Notes: generated by a model from the letters alone, not told the origin. Numbered from the stretch's first letter, positions 38,080 through 51,364 are shown. The stretch: 64,000 bases of DNA from Squalus acanthias (GCA_030390025.1 CM059432.1:53260001-53324000); one strand, 5' to 3'. Numbers and translations: made by a program.

Positions 38080-38197
38080 TCATTTCCTACATTACAACAG
38101 TGACGACACATCATAAGTACTTCATTGGCTGTAAAGTGCTTTGGGATATCCTGAGGTTGTGAAAAGTGTTATATAAATGCAAGTCTTTCTTTCTTTT
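38080..38197 (+). mobile_element. Deu-SINE/L2-type 3' tail
   Basis: tacattacaacagtgac...tgtaaagtgctttggga...tataaatgcaagtctttcttt; similar to the end of the 17645 SINE. Confidence 0.7.
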
Positions 38198-38479
38198 CAT
38201 TCTGGAATACTAAAGTAAAAATCCTCCTGAACAAGCTAGGGCTTTCCGCTGTGCCTTCGTCAGCATTCATTGTTGAGCCTTCTGTGAGACCTGTAGCTCG
38301 TCCGGAGCAGCAATTCAAAATTGCCCTGTTCTCTGCTACCGGCACTCATTTCACGCTAAATGTTTCTTGGGGGCTGATTCCCCAACCCCCTCCCTATCCT
38401 GTGCAGCTCTACCACTGCCAACTGCACTGGAGAATCTACAATCACCACCCTGCTCTCTCTCCATACATATATATCCCTC

Positions 38480-38900
38480 CAGTATGTTTGCTTGTGAATT
38501 AGATCATTGTCATTCACAACTTAAATGTGGATAATTCCAACGACATCCTGGCAATGACAGAAACATGACCTTTGGCCAGAGACTCCTTCCCCCTTACAGA
38601 ATTCTCACCACCTGGTTATACTTTCCACCACCAAGCCCATGCAAATGGTTGTGGCAGCAGTGTGACTCTCAACACCGAGACTCACCTTTGCTTCTCTCCC
38701 TACTCATCTGGTATCTTCTCCTCATATGAGCACCTCAGCCTCTTCTATCCCTCATGTCTCTCTTTTAAAATCTTCATTGTTTACCCAAACCCCACATCAA
38801 TGTCCTTACTAAGATATCCTCCCTTTTTTGCTCCCTTAGGCTGTGGAATCACCGATTCCACATATTGGTGATTTCAGCCTACACCTCAACTCCCCAGGTG
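38480..38900 (+). mobile_element. Old L2-like LINE endonuclease fragment
   Basis: 'DILAMTET', 'SPPGYTFHH', 'GDF' remnants. Confidence 0.6.
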
Positions 38901-39889
38901 CCCTGTTACATTTCAGAAGGTTAGATTTCAAATTTCCTCTCCCTGTTATCTGTTACATTTTATTATTTGTATTGGATAGTCTGTATACGTAAATAAGTTC
39001 ATCATTGTTATTATTTTGGACAGAAGTGCTACTTTTTAAATCTTATTTGGGTTTGTGACCTAAATTGGAAAGCAAACTTCCTGCTGGCTGACAAATGGCA
39101 GGCATTTGCAGGGGGGTAGAACATTTATTTGTGGTATGATTGGTGCAAGTTTATCGAAGAATCATTTGCAGTTCATTTAGATCTGATATGAATTGTAATT
39201 CTTCATTTCAGGTCGAAAGATGTTCCTTAACTTTTTAAAGAAAGACAATCTTTTCACACTGCTTTGATGCCATTATCGATAACAGTACAGCCAAAGGATG
39301 ATACCATGGAATTCTCTGGTCCATTATTCATCTTTTGCTTTGCCTTTTTTTCCTAACCCATATCCCTGAGTATAAAACACGTCTGTTTGTTAAGAAACTG
39401 CACAACACTAGATGTCACAAAAATCAAAACCATACTGAGCCAATGATTACTTAGTTGAATGGCAAACTATAATTCATTGACTGGATGTTGAAGAGCAGCA
39501 GCTGTAGAACAATCAGTAGTATTAGTGGTAGGCCGAGAGAAGCACTATCAAACAATGGCTGGTCAAGAAATACAGGAAACAGTAAAAGCAGCTGAGTTCA
39601 AATTCCCGTAGCTAGAATCCAAAACCCACATTTGCTGAGTCAGAAACACAGCACTCTATTACTAAAACTTCTAAGGTGCCAAATTAAATCAATATTGTCT
39701 GGGCCCAATTAGATTTGACCTGTAACTTCACACTCGGGTATAGAGATGTGGACATCCGATTTTTATTTTCTTAGTGAAAGTTTTAGAAGGAAAAAAATCA
39801 ATGAAAGCTGAACGGCAGAGTTCACTGGGTAATGAATAAGAGATAGCACTACAAAAAAAAGAAGCATTAGTATTAGAATTTGATTTTCT

Positions 39890-40077
39890 GTGGGGAAGTG
39901 GGTTAGCAGACTGTTGTTTCAGCTCTGGGACCTGGGTTCAATTCCAGCTCAAAATGGTTTAGTGAAAATGTATTTCTCTGTTGGCTGTAGAGGACCTATA
40001 TAAAATGAATTTGTACAGTTTCAATCTAGTTCCTAGTCGGTGTGGGCCAACAGCAAAAAATTGTTCATGACACAATT
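39890..40077 (+). mobile_element. LF-SINE-like tRNA-derived SINE, 5' half
   Basis: B-box gggttcaattcc, then 'tctgttggctgt..cctatataaaatga..agttcctagt..acaatt', which resembles the LF-SINE consensus as I recall it. Confidence 0.55.
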
Positions 40078-40399
40078 CTGAAATTTGCAGATGACTTGAA
40101 ACTTGGAAGTGTAGTAAACAGTGAGGAATATAGTAATAGACTTCAAGAGGACATAGACAGGCTGGTGGAATGGGTGGACACATGGCTGATGAAATTCAAT
40201 GCTGAAAAGTGTGAGGTGATACATTTTGGTAGGAAGAATGAGGAGAGACAATACACACTAAATGGTACAATTTTAAAGGGGGTGCAAGAACAGAGAGACC
40301 TGGGGGTGTTTGTGCACAAAACATTGAGGAGGCAGGACAGGTTAACAAAGCAGTTAATAAAGCATATGGGATCCTGGGCTTTATAAATAGAGGCATAGA
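40078..40399 (+). mobile_element. CR1 LINE RT fragment
   Basis: ORF 40042..40386 'KFADDLKLG...QRDLGV'. Confidence 0.9.
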
Positions 40400-40880
40400 G
40401 GAAAGAACAAAAGGGGAGGTCTGTGATAGGATGGAAGGCAGGAGAGATTAAGAGACAAAAGTGATGATGGTGCAAGGCAAAAGGAGATGGTAATGGGACA
40501 AGTTAAGAAACAAAAGATGACTCTAGATGAAGTGTAAATGGCAATGGCAGAATAATCAACAGCTGCCATGTGAGAGAGAGAAACAAAATGGTAAGGAGGC
40601 CTTGCACCATCATCCCTTTTGTCTCTTAATCTCTCCTTCCTTCCATCCTATCACAGACCTTCCCTTTTGTTCTTTCCTCCCCTCCCCCTCCCCCGCCCCT
40701 GCACTTGCTTAAAAACCTGTTCCATCTCCAGCTTTTTCCAGTTCTGACGAAGGGTCATCGACCTGAAATGTTAACTCTGTTTCTCTCTCCACAGATGCTG
40801 CCTGACCTGCTGAGTATTTCCAGCATTTTCTGTTTTTATTTCAGATTTCCAGCATCCGCAGTACTTTGCTTTTGTTTTTG
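40400..40880 (+). mobile_element. Penelope family A-like terminus with 5' inverted segment; hammerhead motif 40740-40776
   Basis: 40400-40478 is the reverse complement of about 40598-40677; tail similar to 5580-5825; agtt-CTGACGA-a-gggtc-atc-gacct-GAAA-tg-TT-aact. Confidence 0.85.
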
Positions 40881-40940
40881 TCAAAAGAAAGTATGCTGCT
40901 TGCACCCAATTTTACGAGGTTAGCTCATTTACATAGCTTT

Positions 40941-41492
40941 GTGACTCCCCAAAGCCTCTCTACCACTTACAAGGCACAGGTGAAGAGTGTGATGGAATAC
41001 TCTCCACTTGCCTGGATGAGTGCAGTTCCAACAACACTCAAGAAGCTCAACATCATCCAGGACAAAGCAGTCCACTTGATCATCAGACCATCCACCACCT
41101 TAAACATTCACTCCCTCTACCACCGGCGCACCGTGGCTGCAGTGTGTACCATCTACAAGATGCACTGCAGCAACTCGCCAAGGCTTCTTCGACAGCACCT
41201 CTCAAACCCGTGACCTCTTCCACCTAGAAGGACAAGGGCAGCAGGCGCACGGGAACACCACCACCTCCAAGTTCCCCTCCAAGTCACACATCATCCTGAC
41301 TGAGAAGTATATCTCAGTTCCTTCATTGTTGCTGGGCCAAATCCTGGAACTCACTCCCTAACAGCACTGTGGGCATATCTTCACTACACGGACTGCAGCA
41401 GTTCAAGAAGGTGGTTCACTACCACCTTCTCAAGGGCAACTAGGGATGGGCAATGCAAGTGACGCCCGTATCCCAAGAACAAATTTTTAAAT
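40941..41492 (+). mobile_element. Poly(A)-tailed CR1/L2-group LINE 3' fragment
   Basis: Copy of 14220-14785; 'MEYSPLAWMSA'. Confidence 0.9.
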
Positions 41493-41537
41493 AATGAACA
41501 GATTTTGATGGGTGCAGTGGTGGGAGTGGAAAGCTGT

Positions 41538-42424
41538 GGGCTGGATTTTCCCGGGTCCCTCCCGCGCGGTGCGGGGAGACCCGGGAGACGACAGGAAACC
41601 CAGAAATTCGGGTTACCTGGCACGCTGTAGAGTTTTAACTCCACAGTGTGCGTTGCTGTCAGGGGCGGGTTTCCCGCCCAGAAGTCAGCCTAATTGATAG
41701 GCTGGCTTCCAGTTGTGTAGGGAATGCATCGAAGGAGGCCGCAGCGACAGGTAAGTGCTGGGCCCAGGATGGTGGGGGGGTGGGGGTGGTGTCCAAGCCC
41801 GGAGGGGGGGCCCAATCCCCCTGGGGGAGTGTCCGATCCCTCGGAGAGGGGATCCGATCGTCCGATCCCCCGGGGGGTGGGCTCCCATCCCCTGGGTGGG
41901 GGGGGACCAATCCCTGACCCCGGGGCTCAGTCCCGATCCCTGGGGGAGTTCGATCCCCGGCCCCGGGGCCGAATCACGATCGGGGGGGTATTCCGGGGTC
42001 CGGGTCCAATCCGAGGGTGGGGTCCGAACTCCAACCCCGGGGAGGGCCAGGCTGATGGGGGGAGCTTGGGGACCTGGGTGGAGGCACTCCTGCTTCTCCC
42101 GGCCCACAAGGATTGCTACCCGAGGCTGAGGCCGCCTCACTGCAACCACCGGGAATCCCGAGCCCCGAGATCCCCGGCTGTCTGCAGTAAAACCTGCAAA
42201 GCAGGTTAAAGTAGGGGCTTCAGGCCTCATTATAATATGTAAGTTGCCAACCCGCCTTCTGGCAGTGGGTTGGCAGCCCGCACCCCCCCACTCCCCGTCC
42301 CAGCCGAGTGAAAGGTGAAAGTGGGCGGGTTGGAGACGGGTTAGGGTCGGGGTTCACATTTTTTCAACTTTCACTTCCCCCCACGCCTCCAAACCACCCG
42401 CTCTTACCTCTGAAAATTCCGGCC
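41538..42424. mobile_element. Harbinger-type MITE with GC-rich internal (ccgatccc-like) repeats
   Basis: TIR gggctggattttc / gaaaattccggcc; flanks tgt/tat. Confidence 0.7.
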
Positions 42425-43178
42425 TATGCGTAAGAGAAATTTAAAAGGAGGCAATTAAAGGGGGTCAGATGAGGGGGACAAAAATTTCAAAAGCCTTTGG
42501 AAAGGTTCAGAAGGCATCTGAATCCATTAGCAACATTTGCTAAAGTTGAAGGGAGAGGGGTCTAAGAAGCGGCAGGCAAAAATGAAGGGCAGGGGCTCCC
42601 TAGATTCAGGCATAAGTGTGCAGGCAAGTAGTGGGGCATCCATGCAGGTGTGCCAGTACCTACAGATATGGTCAGTGGCATCTTAGTGGGTACAGCCAAT
42701 CAGGCTATTCTGTCTATTGATCACCCTGGCATTCCCTCTTTCTATAGTGCAGCTAAAACAACGCATGCTGTGATTGGGTATCCAACATTAATGCCCAGCA
42801 AGGCATTGACGTATCTTAGAGATGGCATCATGTCTTCTATCCCAGTTTCCTTTGGGAATAGGAGCCTCCGCATGCACTAATTTTCTGCCAAAGGAGGTCT
42901 GCCAAAGGAGGTCTGACCACCTATGTATGCAGATGCTGGTGTGCAGGTACTGGCGGGTTGGCACATAGCACCTCTCATGCAGCCTGACCTGCCTGGCGTC
43001 CCTCTATAGATCCTGGTCTTCTTGCAAACATCTCAGATGGGGAGATTACCTTTGGGAAATTCATTGGTGCCAGTAATGTTGCTGTAAATTGATTAGAACA
43101 ATTGGCACAAAGGATCACGAAAACTGAGCCGCTGCCCCTAAAACAAAATCAACATTTTTGAAATATTGCAGATTCAAT

Positions 43179-43848
43179 GGGGCAGAGTTTCCGCTCGGTT
43201 GCATTAGTGCAATTCGCCTAAAATCGGCATAAGCCTCACAAAAGGTCGTGGAATTTTAAGCGCAAGTTTCGTTCCGCGTAAATTGAGTTTCCGTGACTTT
43301 CGCTCTAGTTTAAAAAAATCGTGCTAGAAGCCAGCCCCACCCACAAACTGGCCACGCCCCTAGGATGAATTAATCACCATTGGGAATTTCTGCTAATTGC
43401 GCTCGTTTGCGGGGCTTCGAGGGGGCTCTAAAAATTAAGCATTTTTTGGGCGCAAGGACACTATTAGGAACGTTTTGAATGTATTTTTTGTAAATTTACT
43501 AAGAAACCGACTACCGTACACCAATACAACTAGGAAATGATTCGGTATATTTTTTAAAAGTCATTTTTAGTAATTTAACACTGTGATTAAAAATGCTTAT
43601 TTTTTGTGATAAACACATTTTCAGCTGTATTAATCAAACTGCACCAAGTTACCACTCTTAAGTATATCAAGGAATATTTTTTAAAGCAAAATTTAATTAA
43701 AAAATACGTTCTAAAACGCTGCTCGATTGTGCTGGTTCATGGCAGATTTTGCGTTCAGCGATATGCAAATGAGTTTGAGCGGAAACGAGAGAAAAAAATC
43801 AATTTGCGCCTGGATCGCCGATTGCGCCCAAAGTGGAAACTCTACCCC
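43179..43848. mobile_element. Harbinger-type MITE
   Basis: TIR ggggcagagtttccgct / agtggaaactctacccc (15/17); exact TSD aat. Confidence 0.85.
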
Positions 43849-43934
43849 AATGTACTTACCTGTGTTCATTCAATCAGAAATATTGGATACCCATTTCACA
43901 TGCGTATCCTTTAGAAATGTCATTTAAAAAAAAT

Positions 43935-44650
43935 CATTAATGGGATGTGGGCGTTGCTGAAAGGCCAGCATTTATTGCCCATCCCTAATTGCCTTTGAGA
44001 AGGTGGTGGTGAGCCGCCTTCTTGAACCACTGCAGTCCGTGTGGTGAAGGTACTCCCACAGTGCTGTTAGGTAGGGAGTTCCAGGATTTTGACCCAGCGA
44101 CGATGAAGGATTGGCGATAAACTTCTAAGTCAGGATGGTGTGTGACTTGGAGGGGAACTTGCAGGTGATGGTGTTCCCATGCGCCTGCTGCCCTTGTCCT
44201 TCTAGGTGGAAGAGGTCGCGGGTTTGGGAGGTGCTACCGAAGAAGCCTTGGCGCGTTGCTGCAGTGCATCTTGTAGATGGTACACACTGCAGCCACGGTA
44301 CGCTGGTGGTGGAGGGAGTGAATGTTTAAGGTGGTGGATGGGGTGCCAATCAAGCAGGCTGCTTTGTCCTGGATGGTGTTGAGCTTCTTGAGTGTTGCTG
44401 GAGCTGCACTCATCCAGGCAAGTGGAGAGTATTCCATCATACTTGTGCCTTGTAGATGGTAGAAAGGCTTTGGGGAGTCAGGAGGTGAGACACACGCCGC
44501 AGAATACCTATCCTCTGACCTGCTCTTGTTGCCACAGTATTTATGTGGCTGATCCAGTTAAGTTTCTGGTCAATGGTGACCCCCAGGATGTTGATGGTGG
44601 GGGATTCGGCGATGGTAATGGCATTGAATGTCATGGGGCAGTGGTTAGTC
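43935..44650 (-). mobile_element. Poly(A)-tailed CR1/L2-group LINE 3' fragment
   Basis: Reverse copy of 14050-14765; ORFs 44234..44440 and 44437..44703. Confidence 0.9.
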
Positions 44651-47600
44651 ATTGTGCAATCCCAAATGTCTGGCAACAGTGTGATGGATAACCCCAACCA
44701 CAAATGAATTTTTCAATGAAGGTGGATGGTGCCACCGGTCCCCCACCGAGAAACTACATTACAGCACAACGTTGGCAGAGTACGAGTGAGATTTTTCTAC
44801 ATTGGGCAGTCGAAAGTGGTTGTAGTTAGAGCACGTTGTTGGGGTACAGTAGAAGTTTATTCTGCATCTAGTCTGCGTGAAAACAATTGAAGCATTACGA
44901 GATGGGAAAATGTTACACTTCCCAGTGCTAACAGCACTCACATTTACGGGCGCAAAGATTCCTGTCCTGCAAAAAAAATGATTTTCTACTCTGAACTTGT
45001 CAGCTAGGAGCTCCTCAACTTTTCATTCCCTTTTTACTTCCTTTTTTGAAGGCACTCACTCCTGTTGGGAGTGTGATTCCACAGGCATTGGCAACCTTTG
45101 GTACTTTGCCCAAGTTGTCATTCTTCATGTGTGAGACTATATAGTGAGTGTTATCAGGCAGTTCAACCATGGTAACATCTCAGTTCAGACGGATCTTGCC
45201 CTCACCCAATGTCCACACATCTGCACTTTTCAAAAAGAGCCACTGAATAGTGATCAGGGGTCGGAATCCTGATTTAAATCCCCTGCCCCCTGACCTACCT
45301 TGGGGACATAAGGGCCAATGGTAGTAGCCTCAATGCTACACAAACTGAGATCAGCTAATTCGGTACAGACTAGAGATTGAATCAGCAAACATCTGGATGA
45401 TTTGTATCCTACCTGATTCACTAAGACGGTTTCTGAAATACTCTGACCTTTGATATGACATGCTTTTTTGCTAACTCTATCAGTATTCTGTTTTGATGTA
45501 CCATTTGTTTGGTTGCCAAAGAAAAAATGCTAATGATGTTCTCAGTAGTGGGGCTAGTTGTGAAGATGTTTGGATATAATTTAATTTTAGATTGCTCAAC
45601 AGAGCTAGCAAGTGTTGTGACTGCTGGATTTGCTGGTGGAATTTTTTTGGGCTAGGATTGTGGAAGTGAAACAGTTTAGGACCTGTAGAGACAAAACTAC
45701 ATCTCATCTTTTGGAACATTGCTGATTTTTTTTTAAATTGAGAAATCCAGGTGATAGGCCAAGGCCATTGTGCAGAACACCACCAAGGATGAAAAGAGTA
45801 GGAGAGGAGACAAAACAAATCAAGAAGTAGTGATTATATGCTATTATTTCACTGCTTTTATTGTCAATACCTGGCCAATTGCATTCGGTTTTAAATGATA
45901 GACTGTAGATTTAATATAGTGCCTGGGCAGCATTTTATTTACAAAAAAAACCAATGATTTAGCTGAAGAGTGAAACTTGTAACCCACCTCTCTGTCCATG
46001 GGTTTCTCACTGGTTGGTATAAAGATAAGCTTGGACTGACTGACAGCAGCATTCATTTTTGATCTGCCTTGCTTGTCTCTAGGCAACAGGGCATGACATA
46101 GTGACGTGGAATCGGCACACTGCAGTCTATCATTTGTGCCTCCACAATTGGATCTATATTTCGTTAAGCATTAGCCTTGAAATTGCATGGCCATTCCAGC
46201 AGACTCCTGTCGTAAGTCTGATGGGAGTCCATCAGAATGGTTACACATTCGGCATGAACCTGGACGTGCCGGTTCTCGGCCTTGTGCCAACATTTTCAGG
46301 ATGGTCTTGCAGAGGAAGAATCTCTTCTCACCTCTGCAAGGTTATTGATTTAAGGATGCAGGGCCAGAGGTGGGGGCTTTCTAAGTTGGACATTTGTGCC
46401 CTTAGCTCCTCAGTTAGGACCCAGTGTATGATCAGTGCACATACGCCTGATATCAATTGTGTGGGTGAGTTGCGAATCAGGTTCTGGACCCCCGAAGATG
46501 AGGGGGTCAAGATGAGGCAGTAGTGTCTCCCCTTGCCCCCTTCAACCGACCAGTTAGCACCAACATTTCCAAGGACTTTGGGCAGCCATGGGGACACTAT
46601 GGATGCATTCCCAAACTACTAAGGCTAGTTATGGAACGAATCTTTGCAGTGTTAGTAGTGGAGTTCCATGGCAGGCACGATGCCAGCGTAACTATCAGGA
46701 TTACAGCTGTGCAGGTTTTCCAGGCTACAATCTCAGCAGGTTTTATATATTGAGCTTTACTGGATTCACTGGATTCACATTGGTTTCTGGTGTAAATTGG
46801 ACAGTTACAGGGCTGTGGAACTTTCAAAGATCAGAACCAATGAGAAAACGCTAAGTCTAAAGGATAACTGACTGTGGTGAACTGAAAACAATTATGAAAA
46901 CAAGTAAACAAAAATTCATCTGACATCTCTTGCTGATAACTGATTGTAATCCTGACTTCTTGCTCTCACAGGCTGATGGAAACCACAGATAAGCAAAATC
47001 CCTTTCAAAGTTTTTGGATTAATTTGTCCAACCTGTGATGTATTGGCTCTTGCTATTTTCTGGCAGGCTTTTATTTAAACTGTAGCATAGTGGATCACCT
47101 TTATAAGTTACCTTTGGAAGTCGTACAAAAAATGTTACAAAAATAGCAGTGAGGGCTCAGTAACAAATATGTGTAATATCAGAGACTGTGGCATATCAGA
47201 AAGTTTTATTGAGATGACATCTGCTCTCGTGATACCTTTGGTAAAATAATTTAATAGTAATTCTTGGTATAATATCTTAAATACTTATATCAGAATCTAC
47301 AAAAATTGATTCGTCAAATTACTTCTCCACCCTTAAAGGAATGATTCAGTTTGAAACTTCTCATCCCTGATGTTACTATTTTAGACTGAGATAGATATAA
47401 ACATCCAAGTGGTCATCACCTCATTCACAGGTTGATTAAATGAACAGCTATTAAAAAAAAGGGGATTACAATCTGTGGTCCTTCCAGCTGACTCCTGCCA
47501 TAAATCCTACAGGTATCAGGTTTAAGCTCACAAATTAGACCAGAGCAAGCTGTATCTGGCTCCCAGCCATTCTCGGCAATTTCCTTTGGAGTCTCACCCC

Positions 47601-48184
47601 AAGCAAGGTTACTATCATGAGAGGGAGCATGAAATGGTGCAGGGATACCCAGGCTGGGAGTTTTCATGTCTCCAGCCTGGCTGAGCAACAACGGGCTGAA
47701 TGGAAGTGAGTGTACCGGCCTGCCAACTGGCAGATGTGGGAGTTGAGGGATAGTTTTTGGCCTTAGTTTATTTTGGCACCCTGATAAAGGGGGCCGATGG
47801 GGCAATGCTGGTATATTTATGGGAGGAGTCCTGGCACACACTGCCACGTTTTGTGACCTCCTGGGCCAGATGGATACCCCAGATGTGCCCCCAGAGTGTG
47901 GTGAAGGGACCTTACGCTGACCTTGCAAACATTGGCAGGGTTAGCACTGGAGATCAACAGCAGGCACATGTGGCATTTGTGCCAGGGTCAAAGCCTGAAT
48001 ATTTTCAGCCCAAGATTATTAGATATTAAAAAATAATTACGGATTGTATCATCAGTCACATTTTAATTCGTTTGCTTAACTAGAAGAGTTCTAAACACTG
48101 AAATGGAAAAAGTGCTGTGGAATCGGTTACGTCCACCTAAGAGGGCAGATGGGACCTCAGTTTAATATCTCAACTGAAGTATGG

Positions 48185-48470
48185 CACGAGCCCCTCAGTA
48201 CCACACTGAAGTGTGACACGAGCCCCTCAGTACCACACTGAAGTATGACACGAGGCCCTCAGTACCACACTGAAGTATGACACGAGCCCCTCAGTACCAC
48301 ACTGAAGTATGACACGAGCCCCTCAGTACCACACTGAAGTGTAACACGAGCCCCTCAGTACCACACTGGAGTATGACACGAGCCCCTCAGTACCACACTG
48401 AAGTGTAACACGAGCCCCTCAGTACCACACTGGAGTATGACACGAGCCCCTCAGTACCACACTGAAGTAT
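48185..48470. repeat. 32-bp minisatellite (9 units; tenth at 48909-48940)
   Basis: Unit cacgagcccctcagtaccacactgaagt(a/g)tga, head-to-tail without spacers; lies within a minus-strand Deu-SINE remnant. Confidence 0.95.
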
Positions 48471-48903
48471 AGAAACATAGAAACATAGAATCTAGGCGCA
48501 GGAGTAGGCCATTCGGCCCGTCGAGCCTGCTCCACCATTCAATACGATCATGGCTGATCATCCAAATCCAGTACCCTATCCCTCCTTTAATCCCCACAGT
48601 ACACATATCCCACCCTACCCTGTAACCCCACGTATTTAATTCCCCCTAACATATCCCATCCTATCCCCATAACCCCACATATTTAATCCCCCCCTAACAC
48701 CAAGGGTCAATTTATCATAGCCAAATCAACCTAACCCGCACATTTTTGGACTGTGGGAGGAAACCGGAGCACCCGGAGGAAACCCACGCAGACACGGGGA
48801 GAATGTGCAAACTCCACACAGACAGTCACCCGAGGTCAGATTCGAACCTGGGTCCCTGGCGCTGTGAGGCACCAGTGCTAACCACTATGCCACCGTGTTG
48901 CCC
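48471..48903 (-). mobile_element. HE1-type V-SINE (tRNA head, V domain, HER1/CR1-derived tail)
   Basis: 'gtgggaggaaaccggagcacccggaggaaacccacgcagacacggggagaatgtgcaaactcc' V-domain, tRNA A/B boxes, (AGAAACAT)n tail; tat at both flanks. Confidence 0.88.
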
Positions 48904-49421
48904 TATGGCACGAGCCCCTCAGTACCACACTGAAGTGTCAGATCAGATGTTGTGCTCAAGTCCTGGAAGGGGGCCAGTCAAGGGGATTTGTTGGCTTTTA
49001 GTCCCATTAATTTCTCCAGTACTATTTCTTTACTGATACTAATTTCTTTAAGTTCCTCATTCTCACTAGACTCTTGGTTCCCCACTATTTCGGGAATGTT
49101 TTTGTGCCTTCTTCTATGAAGACAGATACAAAGGCCACGATTTAATCATTGGTGGCGGGGTGGTTGCGGGTCAGGTAGTCAGCGGGTCCCGGTCCCGGTC
49201 CCGGTCCCGTCTCTGCATTCAGCCGGTAAAAATTTGCGATTTTGCCCTAATTGGGCAATTGATTCCCTGCGTGTGCGCTCCCCTGGCCAATTACTGTTTT
49301 GGGTCTGGAACTCACCTCTGCTGACGTCTGTGAGCCATCTGCATTTAAGGGGTCCATGCAGCCTTGGTTCATTCTCTCATTTTTTGCTTCTGGATTGACT
49401 ACTCTGTTGGCTACTGCTGAC

Positions 49422-51364
49422 ATGGCAACCTCAAGGGTGAAGGCCTCACCACGATTTGCTGATGACTCTCTCCATGCTCTTGTGGAGGGAGTCAGAGGTC
49501 AAAAGGAGGTACTCTTCCCAGTCCCTGGGAGGATGAAGCCACCACAGCAGACCCAAGCTGTGTGGCTGCAAATTGCACAGGAGGTCAGCTCGAGATCGAT
49601 GTGCAGTCGAACCTGGGTGCAGTGCTGAAAAAGGTTCAATGATTCAATGACCTGGTCCGCTCAGGGAAAGTGAGTATAACATCACCATTACCCTCAATCT
49701 GCTCCCCATCTCCTCTCATCACCAGCACTCTGGATCGTCAACCTACTCCTCCACATCCCACTTTACCTTTACATCCCCTGCACCCTTAACCATCCCTCTC
49801 TCTCTATGTACACAATCACTTCACTATTCGACTATGCTGCCCTCACACTCGCTATCACTGTTATGCAATGCCAACAAATAACAACGCACAGGGAGGGCCC
49901 TTGGTATTGGCACCTCACTCCATCTTTGTCTCCCTCTAAGCATCTATGCTATGGATTCTCTACACTCACTCCATCATTCTCACTCAAACTCCACTTGTGT
50001 CCCTCATTACAGGAAAAGAGAGCCCACAATAAGAGGGAGAGGGCTAGGACAGGAGGAGGGCCACCTTCACTTGCCCATTTGACCAACGCTGAGGAGGCTG
50101 CCCTCGAAATAATTGGAGGTGATGAGGATCTGGAAGTGGGGGACGGTCAGACGGGTGCAGCAGAGCAAGCTGGTGACAGAATAGATTTGCATCTCTCTCA
50201 TTTACATTGCATGAGTGACTGATATGGCATCTGATGCTCAAACAGATTGACTTATGATCATCTGCACTATTCCATGTGCAAGCTACGTTAATATCACATG
50301 TGTAACTCATGCCTTTACTCCCCCACAGGACCATCGACAGCCCCCCTCCCCACTGTCCAGGAGGAAGAGCCGGAGCCAGAAGACTCCTCAGAGGAACCTG
50401 CAACCTCTGAGGGCGCAGCGTCAGCAGAATTAAGCGCACCCAGCACCAGCGCAGATACGCACACCTCGGTGGGACCTTTGCGAGATAGTGTAGTGTTGTC
50501 ACCTGGTGTATCACAGCTCACAAGTGAGCATCAGCAGATGGTGGAGACAGGGACAGCAGTGGAGAGTCCTCGTCGGAGGCCGCAGGGCACTTCCAGCTCT
50601 GCTCAGCTGCATGTGGACCTTGTGCCTCCGGGTCCATCCAGAAAGAGAGCGGTGCTGGAACTCCAGGAACAGGTGCAGGAGTCTTTGGCAGGTTTTGTTT
50701 CCAGGGTTACTGTGAGTGTGGAGAAGATGGAGGAGTCCAACTCTAATATGAGCAGTGCCTTTGTGGACGCAATGGTGCATGAACGCACCACCACGGAAAG
50801 GATGGCAACCTCCGTGGAAAGGCTATGGAGGAAATAAGTCGCCAGAGTCAGGAAAACATGTTGAATGTTCAGAATAGACTGACATCTCTGGAGGAGCAAT
50901 GGGCAGCTATTGAGCAGAGAAACCAGAGCATCATGGAAGTCCTTTTGAGTAGGACTGCTGGTGCAGATACGGGTCTTCATGGCCCCCCTGATGTGCAGCA
51001 AAGTGCTGTCAAGTCACTTGCTAGCACTGAAGTGGGGCTGACCCATGAGAGGGATGTTGGTGGCAGGCAACAAGGAACTGGGGGCTCCTCTCCAAGTGCT
51101 CACACTCCCATGCCACTGAGTAGCCCTCGGTCAGAGCCCCTCCAAAGTCCTCACCCAACTGAGATTGGCGTCTCAGCCCCTGCACAGATGCAGGAGCAGC
51201 AGACTGTTGCCGAGCCCTCACAGGCTCGCAAACCCAGAGGACGCCCGCCAAAGGTGTCGAAGCAGGAGCAGCAAGAAAGTGAGCAAGGTGCCTCCACATC
51301 TGCTGAAGCCACAGGGGAGGCACCACGTAGAAGCACACATAAGAGAAATATTAAGCACCTATAG
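49422..51364 (+). pseudogene. Harbinger Myb/SANT-like DNA-binding protein gene, 3 exons (49422-49669, 50013-50172, 50329-51364), disrupted
   Basis: 'PRFADDSLHALVEGV..W..IAQEV..RTWVQC' trihelix; GT-AG sites; TGA at 49626, 8-bp duplication ttcaatga, frameshift near 50830. Confidence 0.85.

Noticed and set aside
41648..42230. Overlapping Pro/Gly-rich ORFs
   Set aside because: By-product of GC-rich repeats in a MITE
43853..43915. Minus-strand 49-nt exon with a good GTAAGT donor
   Set aside because: Stop codons in all three frames and a weak acceptor
44990..45400. Possible ancient SINE remnant (also about 1560-1750) and decayed Harbinger-like pieces at 46150-46730 and 47450-48015
   Set aside because: Too diverged to assign a family or boundaries by eye
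48830..48903. tRNA gene (also 39900-39950)
   Set aside because: SINE heads with A/B boxes only; no complete cloverleaf
48185..48940. 32-bp repeats as a CRISPR array
   Set aside because: Units are contiguous with no unique spacers, there are no cas genes, the context is eukaryotic, and the unit derives from a SINE
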